Below, piece by piece: positions 1-19,727 of a stretch of DNA of 64,000 nt. A program made the translations under genes and the position numbers. The notes under the pieces were generated by a model. The model made no database searches and was not told the origin of the DNA. It saw only the letters and a program-made list of their open reading frames with translations. Numbering within the stretch: position 1 is the first letter of the stretch; each line of letters begins with the position of its first letter. The stretch covers positions 9,982,001 through 10,046,000 of the forward strand of contig OZ176052.1 in the NCBI GenBank assembly GCA_964247055.1, read 5' to 3'. This DNA is from Paragordius varius. Lineage: Eukaryota; Animalia; Nematomorpha.

Positions 1-1435
1 ATGACCTGGCAATAAATTCGTGTTACGTGAATCAAGTTAGGGATTAGGTAAAAATTTGATCTGTTTGTTTAAAAGAGCTGTAACGGTTGTTGTGCCATTT
101 TTAATCTTAAAATAAAATTTGTTTAACGAATATTTAACTGGAATCTGAACACGGGAAAATGGAACCATTTGAAATGTTTCAGGGACAGTTACAACCGAAA
201 CAAACAGGGGTTCAAAATTAAAATGCCGTGGTGGTGCGCAAGAAAATTGAAACAGATCAGGGATAGTCTCTAAAGGATTTAAGTAGTTTTGAATATTTCT
301 ACAAAGAATCTCCTATAACTATCTATGACGTAAAGTGTCTTTTTCAATTTAATAATAAACCGTAATGTGATTATTCGCGAAACAACAGATATTTTAACCA
401 ATTTTATTTTTAAAAGGTATAAAAGCCCAATGAATTATGATCATAATTTTGAACACATTTTAATACAACTTTAATTATGGAAACCACCTGTTTGGATGGA
501 ACCGGGGTTGCTCCTCAAGGGTTGGAGCTGAGGTGAAAAAATGGAAAAAATTTGGTTGAAAGCCCTGATTTATTATAAGTTATGATCTGCCGAAAATTAT
601 CTTGAAAACATCGGTAAAACATATTTATGACTTTAATACAAATCATACACATCATGCCTTTCAATACAAATTTGCATGACTACCCCAGACTCATTTAAAA
701 TTGCAGATATTCGAATGAGATGGAGACTATGCGGAAAAATCAATTAAACGTAAATTAGTTAAATTAAAATCTAATTATTGCATTTCGATCGGATAAATTT
801 CGCTTAATTTATCAGGTACCTCTTGTTTACGATGAATATTATAGTACGAATTCTAATTTATTTTTTCTTTTTTGACCCCTATTCTGTGTCCAAATTAACT
901 TTAGCGCATTTAAGTCTAATATTTGTTCAATGCTGATGGTGTATTGCAAAACTATACACTTAAACTAAATGGGAAAGAAAATTTCTATTTTAAAAATTTT
1001 TAAATCTGTTCTTTGCCTGCTTCAATGACAATCCTGCTATAATAATATATATAACGACACAACACGTCTTTATTATGTTTTATTTTTTTTCAAATAAATT
1101 TAATTTATTAAATAAAATAATAATACATTGTATGATTAAAATTTTTAGTGGTAGTAATAATAAAAACATAAAATAGGACAATAAAAATGCGTGTTATCCA
1201 TGTAAAGAAAATCAAATAGCTTAAAGGTCACATATTACCTATAAAAAATAACAAAATAATATAATAATATTACCTTTATGTTTATCAAGGTAGTTTAATC
1301 ATCGAAGTAAATTTTTTGCAAAAACCGAAAAATTATATTACATATATTATTGTTTATGGAATTTAAATTTAACCTTTACTAATTGTTCACCAATAAAACA
1401 ATGCACAAAATCGGGGAGTATAATAAATATGCTGA

Positions 1436-1438
<3 letters not shown>

Positions 1439-1472
<34 letters not shown>
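1439..1472. repeat. (TA)n microsatellite
   Basis: Uninterrupted TA dinucleotide run read directly. Confidence 0.95.
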
Positions 1473-1474
<2 letters not shown>

Positions 1475-1669
1475 TATATACACAAACGTATCAGGATTCT
1501 TATTTTTGATTTTGGGCCTTACGAAAAATTTAATAAGTACCACTTTTATGGTGTTTTCTTCCAACCGAAAAATCCCAAAATTTGAGCATTTTATGCTTAA
1601 ATTTTTTTGGTTTAAGTTAAAAATTCTTATTAAAATGGATCATTATAATATATCTACTCTACATAGTGT

Positions 1670-2990
1670 TTATAAAAATTATCCTGCTGATATAAATGTG
1701 CTGTTAGGAAATTGTATCATAATGATCGTGGTGATTTTGGCCCCCACGAGTCATTTAACAAAGTTATTTACACTTTTGTGGAAAGTGCCTTAGAAAATGA
1801 CAATTGAGCTCAATTTTTAAAAAATATTTTGCTCATTTAAGGCATCATTCCAAAAAATATCACTAAAATATATCATAAACTACATATAAAAAGCAAAACA
1901 AAAAATTTTAATACTTAGATTGGGCTCCGAAAATTTCTAAAAAAATTTGCTCTTTAAAATTGGCTATTTTTAACAAAAACACATAAACGATTGCGTGATA
2001 AAAATTTTAAATATATGCTAAAATTTGGTATCAACTAAAAATATTTTTTAATATTAAAAACCTAATTTTCAGCAAAATTTTGTTCAAGCGTACTTCATAC
2101 CATTTAAAGCATGATGGAAACGGTATAAAAACGCTTTATGATATTAATAAAAAAATACTTCTTCTATATTCGATAATGCTGAACATTTTTATGATTTCAG
2201 AATTTTAATTTGAAGGTTTGTTTGCTTTCAATTGTAAATTTTCAACAGAATTTCTATTTAACATATTGAATCAAAATTCTGAGGCGATAGAATATTTAGC
2301 ATATTGAAATAGAAAAGGTGTCTTTATAATATCTTGAAGCAGGGGCTGAAACTTTTTTTGAGGTAATAGAAAATTTTATGCACTCCTTTTAAATCAAAAA
2401 CCTGAAAGTGATTTTTTTAATTTTTTTAAATGCTTTGGCATGCCATATAAAAACACAAGGTCAGCCAAGTTATACTCGCGAGCCCTAGGTGGCCGATCAC
2501 TGTTCGTTTCTATCATGCCTCAAAATAGGTACACTTCAACAAAATTTTGTTAAAAATAAATTTTTAAAAAAAGTAAGTGCGCATTTTTTAATATATTTTT
2601 ACCTGAATTCAAAATTTAGCATATTTAAATTTTTTATCGCGTTCTGCATTTTTGCGTTTATTCTAAGAGAAACATATTTTAGAGTGAAAAAATTTGGGAC
2701 TTTCGGATCCAAATCAAAAATTAAATTGTTTTTAAATATTATTGTTCTTTATATGTAGTATGATGTTAGTGATACCTTTTAAAATTAAGCATTAAGCTTT
2801 CACCAAAAAATTTGTATAAAAAAAATTATGCGCAAATTTTTCATTTTCTGACACGGAGGACTTAACACAAAATTGTTATAACTTATTAAATCATCGTTAG
2901 GGCCAAATCACCATGATAATTCTGATACATTTTGCTCTCAGAGTATATATATTTCATATGGATAAAACTCCCCGATTTCGGGCGCAGTGT
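1670..2990. mobile_element. Foldback / long-inverted-repeat non-autonomous element (diverged ~450 bp arms)
   Basis: The reverse complement of ~1670-2125 aligns by eye with ~2505-2960. Shared landmarks include gtttc[ct]atcatgc, caacaaaattttg, tttagcatatttaaa, tttatatgtagt and gggcc(a)aaatcacca[ct]gat. No coding capacity. Boundaries approximate. Confidence 0.65.
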
Positions 2991-5900
2991 ATATTTAAAA
3001 AGCAAAACGCTATCTAATAAAATTTTTTAGTAGTAGGGTCGGAGATTTGTAATGTCGATGCGCGATAATTTTTATGGCAGTTTATGACATCCAAAAATAT
3101 TGAAATTCTTTGTTTAATTTTTTTGTAGCAAAATTTTAAAAAAGCGTATTTTATGAAACTACGGGGTTTGATAATGGTAGAACATAAATTTTAAACTCAC
3201 GTAAAAACATAACTTTGCTCTATATAGTTATGATGTATTTCAATGATATTTTTTAAAATGAAGGGTTTACTTTCCCCAAAAAATTGTTTTAGCATGTGCG
3301 CTGCGATATTTACATTTAAGCATTTTCAAGTGTAAATATTTTACTAAAATGAATCGTAAGGCCTCAAAACCAAAAGCACTGAAAATCCTGATGCATATCA
3401 TCAGAAATATACATTTCATCAAGATATTATTTATGTGTAGTGTGTAGTTATTAAGACAAATGTCACAAATAAAAATTAATTTTAAGGTATAAACATAAGA
3501 AGATATAAAAAATAAGTTATTTATGATTACAGTTTATAAAAATATATTTTTTTATATAATAAATAATAATTATTGCACTCTTAATAAGGCATTCTACGTA
3601 AAGTATACGTCCTTAAAAACCCAAGCTTTTATAAAAAAACAACAAATATTAATTATAAAATGGATTATTGTCCATACTATATTTACAGAATGGTTAATTG
3701 TGAAAAATAAAAATCCTTTACTCCATAAAATTTTGTAGAGCAAAGCTGTATTTTAGCAAAATCATTTTTACCTTGAAAAAATGCAGTATATATAATTTGG
3801 TATATCAAACATAAAATTAACCAACACATACATTTTCTCCCCCCTCCTTTTTAAGCTACCATTTTAGTACCCATAACCAACGTAAGATAAGTCAACTAAA
3901 ATGACTTTAAACTTTTTAAATCAACATTGTAGGTATGTATATCTAAAGGACGAAAAATAAAAATAACAATGGACATCCAATGTGTTTTTATATAATATTT
4001 TATAAATATTTGTTTAGCAAGAAGGCATAATCTCAAAAAAGACAAAATTATATTTAGAGGACCACCGTATCTAATCAAGCCGTAATTCAAACTGTATCTT
4101 AATTTTAAATTCTGTTTAAAGCCTACGAGCATGCGACATAATGACTCGGAACCTAATTTATTGTAAAAAAAATGTATTTTAAATTTGAGTATAGTGTCGA
4201 GATCAATCTCAAACCCATGAATACGATGGAGTTGGGAAGGCAGAAGAGAAAAGATAATTAAAATTTTAATACCCTTTTAAGTTAAATTATCACAACTATA
4301 AAAAATATGACTCTTCTTATTCCCAGAAATCATAAGCAATTTATTTAAATGGTTTAGAGCAAATGTTTAAAAGCTAAAAGAGAATATAAGTTGCACAGTC
4401 ATATATATCATAGTTTTTCATATGGTCTTTCCCTCCAAAAAATTTGTGGTAAAATTTAAACAAAAAGTCAATTTTCATTTTATAATTCCAAGAAAGAGGG
4501 GGTGATCGAATGAATTTTTTTCTATGATAGTTTAATCAATAGGTTTTTGAACATTAGCTATTTTCAACAAGCTCTTAATTTGGCAGTGCCATAATATTAA
4601 TACTAAACTTAAATAAATTATTTAAGTATCATATATAATTGTATAGATTTGTATACTTCGTGAAAAATATGCATGGTAAGAACACTTTTTAGGTTGATAA
4701 ATATACAAATATTTATGATTGATCGTGTTTGATTTCGACCCTCAGTATAATAAGTATATAATGAAGAAGCACTTAGATATTACCTTAACGATTCAAAGAG
4801 ATATCTATTTTTATACCTAAATTGGCTTGATGTTAGGAAATAGCAATTTGTTCTTAGGATATTTGAAAAAAATATTTGTATAAAATCATTTTTACAATTT
4901 GCATATACATCATTTAAAATGAAAAATCAAACCATGCCAAATAATAAAAAAACTATTTAGTTAATTTAAATTGCATAAAATTAGAATGGAACAAGTGATT
5001 GACTACAAAATAAATTATTTTTTTATTTTTATGGCTCTGATATTTAACTAGGTGGATGGTTGACACAATATAGGAGATTCGGGCTTTAAATTTGAATTAA
5101 TATTAAGAAATTACCCCTTTATAATAAATTAATTATACAAATCGTATGCAGAAAGCAAAAATGACAATGAATATAAAAGTTATGTTTAAAAATTATACCT
5201 TTCATACTACCAGCCAGGCTCATGATCATGCATGAAGGTTTAAAACGCTTTCTGAATTGGGTTCGCTAACTTTGAAATGAGAAAATTTAACGATATTTAG
5301 GGATTAAATTGATATTTTAAACGATATTTTTCGATTTCGAATAGGGTGTTGTTTGGGTAAGTTATTGTTTTTAAATAAATTTTATTTTATTTTATCTCAT
5401 AATGAATTATCGGTGATGACAATAGGGTCACACGCGCATTCCATTTTATAGTTATCATAAGTTTTGATTCTGTAAGTCATTGTTAATTTGGGATTGATTG
5501 TAAGGTTATATTGTTTTCGATAAAATCTTTTAAGACATATAATGTCGGCTTAAAAGGACACACATTTGTGCAAACAAGGAAACGGATTTAATAGATATTC
5601 AACCAATTCCACACATTTGTGGGGCACGCGCGACAAAAAAATGAGGGTGTATTTAATTAATCGATAAATATATTTTTTGTATCTCAATAAGCATGCCCAT
5701 TGAAGGGCTATAGGGAAGCCGGTACCTGATAATTTATATGGTGGTGCTTTATATTCTTATGCGAAAAATCAATAAAAAATCAATCTTTATATCCATACTA
5801 ATTTATATGTTATAACAAATTTTGAAAAATAATTCTATAATTAGTTGTGTTGTCCACCCCCAAACGTAATATTTTTTAATAATAAAATACATGGTTAAAC

Positions 5901-8900
5901 ATAACGTAGATAGTTAGATAGATGTAGGTATGTATATAGATATACAGTTATGAAAATAATAAATTTGCGCGAAAAATGATGCTTAGCGGGAATAACAAAA
6001 AGCTATGTTTGTATTCATTTTTTTTAATTTATATGAGAAAGAGAGTTATTTTGAAATACAAAATCTATCACCATGCATCGGAAACTATGGATAAAATATA
6101 GCGGTATTCCCACAGTGTGTGTAAAAATATAGATATGTAATAAAGTTTTAATAATTAAACTGGCATGTACATATAAATATTAGTTAACTAGCTAGCTAGC
6201 TAGCTCAATAAAGTAAATAGAAACTGTTTAGTTACACCAACGGAGATGGGAATAAAGAATGGTGAAAACTGTATATAAATTTGTTATGTTAATAAAAAAA
6301 GTTTAACAAACACATTATTATTATTATATAAAAATTTTATTTTCATATTTAAACTTTTTCGTACAAAGGAACAACTTTTCATATCAAATAATTTAAAACT
6401 GTCCCTTTAGTACAAACTGAAGCTTAAATAAAGGAATCGTTGAAGTGTCAAATACGTAAAGTTATATATTGGATGTATTTTTAACGCCGTTTGCTTCTAA
6501 ACCTACCTAGTATTTGTATTTTATCATCATTTTTCTATGATTGCTCTACCTCTCTATCTAACTATCAATATATGTTCAGTGTAACAAAAAGGGGGTATAG
6601 CTTTTGCGCCATATAATATAAAGGTGTTGCGCATAATTATATTGTTTGTTTTATAAAATTAGCCCTTTAGAGTCAAATCGAATGGATACGTTTGATAAAT
6701 ATATACCGTGTCAAATATACATAAAATAAATTTAATAATAATATATTAGCCCAAAAAGGGAGTTTCTATTCTCCAGATCCCTTTAAAATCAATACTACCA
6801 ATAGCATTAACCGTTTAATCAATAATTTTTTATGGGCCATATTAATAAATATTTTTTGTATTGAAATATTCAGGTGTTCACATTTAGCTTTGGCTATTTT
6901 TAGTAGAAAGGTCATACACGCTTTCAACTATATTACAATTGGACATTGAATAAAATTTGTAATAACATACACATACATTGATTGATCTATTATTAGGTTT
7001 TATGTGAAAAAATTGCGTTTAACCAAAAGGTTAACTATTTATAGTTTTATTGATTTAAATTTTTTTCAGATAAAATTATTAAGTAAAGCATTCATATACA
7101 TACATATAGTTAAATAATAGCCAATTAATTTAAAATCAAATTTTATTTGGAAAAAAAACTTTATTGGTTTTCTTTAGGTTATTAGAAACTTTCAAGTGGG
7201 GTCATTGGCCCCTTCCTTACAAGATTATATACTAAACATTGAACTGCAAAACGTAGTTTAATGCGCGCGCAGTTAAAACCCCTTCCCCTCTCTTCTTTTA
7301 AAAAAAGAAAAAATTAAAACAAGGTATGGAAAACTTATTTATCATTAGTAAATAGCTGCGTATAGAAAGAGGGATTATTTTTTATAAGCATTAAATCAAT
7401 GGAACAGAGGATAATCCTAATAGTAAAATGGAATGGCATTTATAATTACATAATATTTCTTTAGAGTGTTTTATCCTTAAATTACCATTATATTTTGAAA
7501 AAACTTACTTGTCATATCATCACATATAAAAAATAAACTCAATTTTATATTTTAAAACTATTTTAGCCAAAAAGTCACTGTATATAGTATTTTCGGAAAA
7601 TCCAAACTTTGACATTTTTATAATATGGTATGACATTGATATATGAGGCATTCTGAGTTAACCGATTTTTTAACTCAAATAATTTCAAAAATATATCAGA
7701 TATTTATACTGTATGTTTAATTTTTTTATCAGGGGAAAAAAACGAATTTAGATTTTATGTTTTATAGATTTATATGTAATTGTATATGGTATGTTATATG
7801 TGAGTGTGTATATTGTACTGTAAAATACTTGCGGTGGTAGATGATATTTTTGCTGCGCAGTTCACATATGAAAACAGCACTAACTATTGATTCCCTTTAA
7901 AGCAAAAAAAAGTTCAATGGTCTAATTTTGACTTTAAACACGCTACTAACTATACAGTTATACCAAAGTTGAAAAGTTATTGATTTCTTTATTCCTTCTC
8001 CCTTTCCCCTTCCCCCCTTTCCTTTCCCTGTTATGTATTTTTTGCGTACGCTCTGAAGCGCACTTTTTTAAGCTTATACTTGAAACTTTTAATTAGGTAC
8101 ATACATGTATCTAGCATTTTTGATCTTTTAAAGAAATATTTATATAAATTTAGTATCAATTTTAGCATGTCTATAAAGTTGCCAAGAGATAATGGCGTCA
8201 TCAAAAAGTAGTGTCATGTGAAACAAATATAGCACCAATAATTGCAGGGGCGAATCTATTTGTCTTTGGTAATATCCAGCTGGATTAGGCTACTGTATGA
8301 TGGTAAAAAATACTTCATCAATTTAACTTTCCGCGAAGTTTTTTTTGGTATTAATAAATTTTTAATATCTTAAATAATTTTTTCCATTAATATATATATT
8401 TATAAATATTTTATTTATTTAGCCTAAATAGAAACGCGGTTTTTTACAGCATGCATGGAATTTATATTATGTATTAATGTATCGTTAAGCGTTGTTTGAA
8501 CTATTCAGTAGCGGTTGTATTGATATATTTTGTAATAAGAAAAAAATATCCCCCGTTACATGAGTAAAATAAATAAAAAATAGGAATGAATTCCTATAGG
8601 ATTTTAACATGGTACATATATAATTTTACATAATAATAATAACTGAAAAAATACATGCATGGCCTTTCATTCAATAATAAAATATGTAATAATATGTAAT
8701 AATAGGGAAAAATAGAACATATAAGGGTTAATGATCTTTGAGAACAAATAATTTTACAATAACAATATTGCCATATAATATGTTAAAAGATTTAATGATT
8801 TTAGTCGTAGAAACATTTTTTAATCATAAAATTTTACTTCTGTAATATAATGTGACCAGATAGTCTGTTTTTCGCAGTACAGTACTGGATTTTCAGAAAA

Positions 8901-9529
8901 AAAGTGGGACTTCGGGCCCACTTTTGTACTGCTTTTTGAAATTAAGAAAAATTTTTTATGAATATATATTAGGTACCTTTTATTTATTCAGAACAATTAT
9001 TTTAGAATTTGATATAGTAACATCTGTATTAACCCCATAATTTGAAAAGAAATGGTTCATTTTGCGGTAAAAAACTAAGATCGTCCTATTTTTAATTGGT
9101 TAATATTTTATTTTCTGCTCGAATTATATATAAAATTTGATTTTGGATCAATCAAACCGCTAAGGATTGCAGCCTTTCGTGCAGTTGAGAAATTTTAAAT
9201 CTCGGCACCGTAAGATTCAGGCTAATTGCTCTTTCACACAGGTCTTCCGCAAAAAGAGGGGCCTCAAAGTTTAAAATAAAATTAATTTATTATATATATA
9301 ATAAATGTTTGGTCAAGTTTAGAAAGTTCATAGTTATAATTATCAAATGGAAAATTATATAGAAAATTGTATTTCCGTAAAATGTATAAAATTTATTATT
9401 TATTTATATAATTTCGAAATAACCTTTTACGTATTTAAAAATTAAGATTTTTGTACAGTTTCACTCATTAGGTGGGAGGTATGATATTTATTTTTTTCCT
9501 AAACTTTTTTTATTAGTTTTCTTATTATA

Positions 9530-10250
9530 AACAATTTGAGATATTTTGTTGAAGCGTATTCCAACGATTTTGAAGCATGATGGAAACGGTATAACGCTTA
9601 AAGATATAATAAAACCCTTTTTCTAATAATTTATTATGTTGAACATTCAGAATTTTAATTTAAAGGTTTGCTTTTGTAAAAAACACAATACGAATATTTT
9701 AATTAATATTATGAGTGAGAAAAATGTTTAGCATTGAATTATATATATAAAGTGTTATAAATTTCAACCGTTTATATCGTTTCCATCATGCACAAAATAA
9801 TATGAAGTATGCTTCAATAAAATTTTGCTAAATTAAATTTTTGTATGCATATTATAAATATATTAAGTTGATATCAAATAGCATATATTAAAAATTATTG
9901 CACAATGTCGGAATTTCGCGTTTATTTTACGAGAATATTTGGGACTTTCAGAGCTTACATCTAAAAAATTTTTTTTAAAAAATATTGTTTTGTTTTATAT
10001 GTAGTTTATAATATATTTTAATAATATTGTTTGAAATAAAGCAATTAGCTTTCACCAAAAAATATATTTAAAAAAATTACGAACATTTTGCTATTATTTA
10101 CGGAGCACCTACAACAAAAGTGTAAACTTTCTCTAAAACCTATAAAAGTTAAAACCGAAAGCACCATGATAATCCTGATTTTTTCTTATCTGAATATGTA
10201 TATTTCATCAGGATATTTTTTTGTGGAAAGTGTGTAATATATTATACCGA
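9530..10250. mobile_element. Second copy of the same foldback family (short left arm, spacer, full right arm)
   Basis: gcatgatggaaacggtata (~9575) faces cgtttccatcatgc (~9780). The spacer resembles 2140-2320 and the downstream arm shares landmarks with 2505-2960. Boundaries approximate. Confidence 0.6.
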
Positions 10251-10549
10251 TATGTTTTAATTTTGTACTGCGTCAAAGTTCAAAATATCTGGTCACATTT
10301 AAGTAAACGAACTTTTATATAATTCTGAAGGGATAGAAAAGTTCCAACTCAATTTATATGGAATTTTATAATATCTAAAAGCCTTTTTTATACCGTATAC
10401 ATTATGCCTAAAAATAGAATGAATTGCGTTTATATTTTGCTACTAATTGTTTTGTAAAAATTATCCTTTTTTTAAAAAATACTTTTTGATGTCAACTTAT
10501 CATATATATAAGAAATTTATAATTCCGGCATTTTTGGGTTTATATTAAA

Positions 10550-10880
10550 GAACTAGCCCATTTTAGAAGAGCGAAAAAAATTGGGACTTACCGAGCCCAC
10601 ATCTAAAAATTAAAATATTTTAAAAATATTGTTGCTTTTTTAAGATAGTTTATGGTATATTTTAGCGATATTCTTTGAAATGAAGCATTTTACTTTCACC
10701 TAAAAAATATTAAAAAAATGTGTTCAAATTTTGCCATTTTCTCATTTGGAAACTTTTTTATATCACTTGTAGGGGCCAAAACCAAAAGCACCATGATAAT
10801 CTTGATATATTTTTCTATTAGAATGTATATAATTCATCAGGTTATTTTTTTATACCCCCCAATTTTGGACGCAGTGTGCG
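10550..10880. mobile_element. Third, partial arm of the same foldback family
   Basis: Shares ttgggact, gggccaaaaccaaaagcaccatgataatc and a terminal ...cgcagtg with the 2700-2990 arm. Confidence 0.55.
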
Positions 10881-11104
10881 TGGAAGAGTACAATTAGCAA
10901 CCATGAAAAGCAAACTAACGAAAAATCATCCAGAGAAGATGGACTAAATCGCTAAAATGTTACCAACCTTTAACAAAGACTTGTGGCGCGACGATCCTAA
11001 TTAGGAAACCGAATACGACAAGATAAAAAAAGCCATCCATAAATCAATTATGATACTAAGGTAAAACTACCCATTATTTATGATAGATAATCTTAATTAT
11101 ACAC

Positions 11105-11107
<3 letters not shown>

Positions 11108-11136
<29 letters not shown>
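11108..11136. repeat. (TA)n microsatellite
   Basis: TA run read directly. Confidence 0.95.
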
Positions 11137-11141
<5 letters not shown>

Positions 11142-11434
11142 ATGTATACACAAAATTTTTTTATGCAACATTTTAAAAATAAAGATTATTATTTTTATAT
11201 GAAACAATCATGTGTCAAGACACAAAATAACGTTTGAAATTAATTGCGCTACTATCCAAATTAACACGATTTTAAATAAGATATAATTCATTTTAAATAT
11301 TGTATATTGATTTATTAACTTTATAATAAGCCCTATAAGTTAAAACATTCATATTTGGTAAATTTTCTTGGAACAATCGTTTGAGATTTATTAAAAAATA
11401 ATTGATACATTAAATATATTAATATTTATTGAAA

Positions 11435-17114
<5,680 letters not shown>

Positions 17115-19210
17115 ACCGCGGTTAAATTTAAATGCAAACTCAAAAATGTCTACTCATATGACGCATCTTTGGTAAAGATTTTATTTTTAGCATTTTACAT
17201 GTTTGTCCATAAATGTCTTTATTAATATTTCAAAATGCGTAACTTCTTTGTATAACATGCACATAAAAATAAATTGATGATTGTAAATATTTGAACATTT
17301 TATCTTAGCTAAATAATGCAATATCGATCTATTATTCTATGGAATACACAAATGTCATAAAGTAATTGCCTTGAGAAATTTATAATAGGTTAAAAAAATT
17401 AGATTTTAAGATGACCAGATTGCTTGCACGGTAATTTTTTAACAAGCCATATACTACCCAAATGTAATGACTTTTTTAAATCTTCATGTCCTATTGAAGT
17501 AGTTTCACACTCCAAGAGAGATTTAAAATATTTTAAAACTTATTTAAGATACAAAGCCAAATTTAAATATTTTGTTTAGCTTTTAAGGGGCATGCATGAC
17601 ATTTTTAAATGTAAATTTTATATCGCTAACACAATAGGCAAATTGTGATGTATACGGCGGTTAGAAAATTAAATAATTAACACTAATAATCTTTCCGGCT
17701 ACATTTTGCCAGCAAAAACTTGATATTTTTGGTTTATAAATCCCCTGTTTATTTCAATCTTGTTTTGAAACTGTTCCAGTTTTCACTTAAAACCAATAGA
17801 AGCTTTTTTTTATCTAAATACAGGCAAACAATGTTTGATATTTGAATTAAAACGACTAACAGTGGCTTATATTGAGCTATGGGATATAAAACTACCCCAA
17901 TATGTCATCGCCGATAAAAGGGTGAAAAAAGAGTGCTGGTAAAATATCAAACCAAAATATATAAAAATTTGGAAACCAGGAAATGCTTAAATTAAATATT
18001 TGCAAAATTGGAGTCGAAACCATTTTGGTAGACGTAAAGATGTTCATAAAAATTTCAATTTCTTAAATTCATTTTATTTTTATGTCTTAGATTTTCCAAA
18101 ATATGTTACCTTTTTAAAAAATATCCTATTACAATAAAATTAAGCGATCACAGGATATATGTAAATATGTATATTTCATTTTGACAGTATTAACACTAAG
18201 ATATAATACAAAATTGGGGTTTTTGGGGTCCAGGCCTGTTTAAAATCAATTACTTTTAAAAATATGGAACAAATTGGAACCATTGCCGAATTTGCAGTTG
18301 TGTAACATTAAAGCACTAAAATATGAAAAAAGATATATTTATAAAAACTTGTTATTACTTTTTATCGATAAACCAGAGGGTAAAAATTCTGCAAACATGA
18401 CTGAAAAATTATTTCTGCTCATATTTATGGGATGTGATTAATAAAAATCTAACTTTGATTTTAGCGTTAAAATCAAAAAAATACGATATTTTGAAAAAAT
18501 ATTATAAAATGAAAATGGCGACCAAGCAGTTTATGGAGATTTTTTTATTTAATTAAAACCATCTTCTTCAGTAGTTTTTTGACTAATCCAAATAAATATG
18601 GTCTAGATCCTTAAATACCCCAAAATTGAAGTGTTTTTAGCAAAAATCTAAATACGTGACCACTTTCCGAAAAAAGACTTTTATTAAAAGATGAAGAAAA
18701 TCGCTAATAATATCTAAACGGTCTCTGCATATCCCTAAACGCACTCTAAAGAGTATGTGGTGTTACCACATTTAGCAGATATCTCAGAGAATATACACTG
18801 GCTTCGGATATTTATGAGCATAATTAGTCCATATTGCGTTTAAAATAAAACACTATTTGTAAAGAATTGCATAAAAAGCATCCTTTGCCACCTTTCCACT
18901 TAGTTTTCATTTATAGAGTAAGGATTATAACCGTTGAAAGCGATAAATAAAATTAAAATATTTTTATGGACCTGCCCGACCCATTTACATAAAATCATAA
19001 ATTCTATCCATAAATATTTGTAAATTTTGGTTGACAGAATGATAAAAATTTCCACAATAAAATAGTTTGAAGGTATAGCGTCGCGATTGGAAGGATAAGA
19101 CGATTATCCACAAGCTGTAATTGAGAAACTATAAAAACAAATCTCTTTTACTTTAATACGTTAGATCCGATGTTTAGGCCTTTAGACACAACCTCTTTAA
19201 TGAAATAATT

Positions 19211-19216
<6 letters not shown>

Positions 19217-19265
<49 letters not shown>
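19217..19265. repeat. (TA)n microsatellite
   Basis: Longest TA run in the window, read directly. Confidence 0.95.
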
Positions 19266-19267
<2 letters not shown>

Positions 19268-19727
19268 AAGAATGCTTATAAAACATAAATTTGTTTTATT
19301 TCAAAAAATATAAATATATTGACGAAAGAATTTTCTTTTTTAAAAAAATAAGTACCAAAAAGAAAAATTCCGAAACCAAAGACAAAATGGGTTAGGAAAC
19401 CGCCAATTAAATTTTATTGATTTAAAGCTGAATTATATTTTATTTTTGTATTAACTCACAAGATATAATCATCTCAAAATAATTAAAAAATGGTCATATA
19501 TTTATAAATTTATTAAAATTATTAGTTAACCACAAATTTGGGAAATATTAAATTACTAAACGTTTGATATTTGAGAATTGAAAATAAGATAAAATCGTAA
19601 TACATGAACAATTTGGCGTTATCTTCTGTAAAAGTCATTTATATTAAATATGTAAAAATAAACTACAATATATATTATTTATCAATTTAATCATAAACTG
19701 AAGGTATCAAAAAATTTAAAAGGTTTA

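Noticed and set aside
1379-1793. 61-aa and 136-aa ORFs
   Set aside because: They run through a (TA)n tract (IYIYIY) and a foldback arm; low-complexity artefacts.
10900-11055. Stop-interrupted frame MKSKLTKNHPEKMD*IAKMLPTFNKDLWRDDPN*
   Set aside because: Too short and unrecognisable to call a pseudogene or transposase relic.
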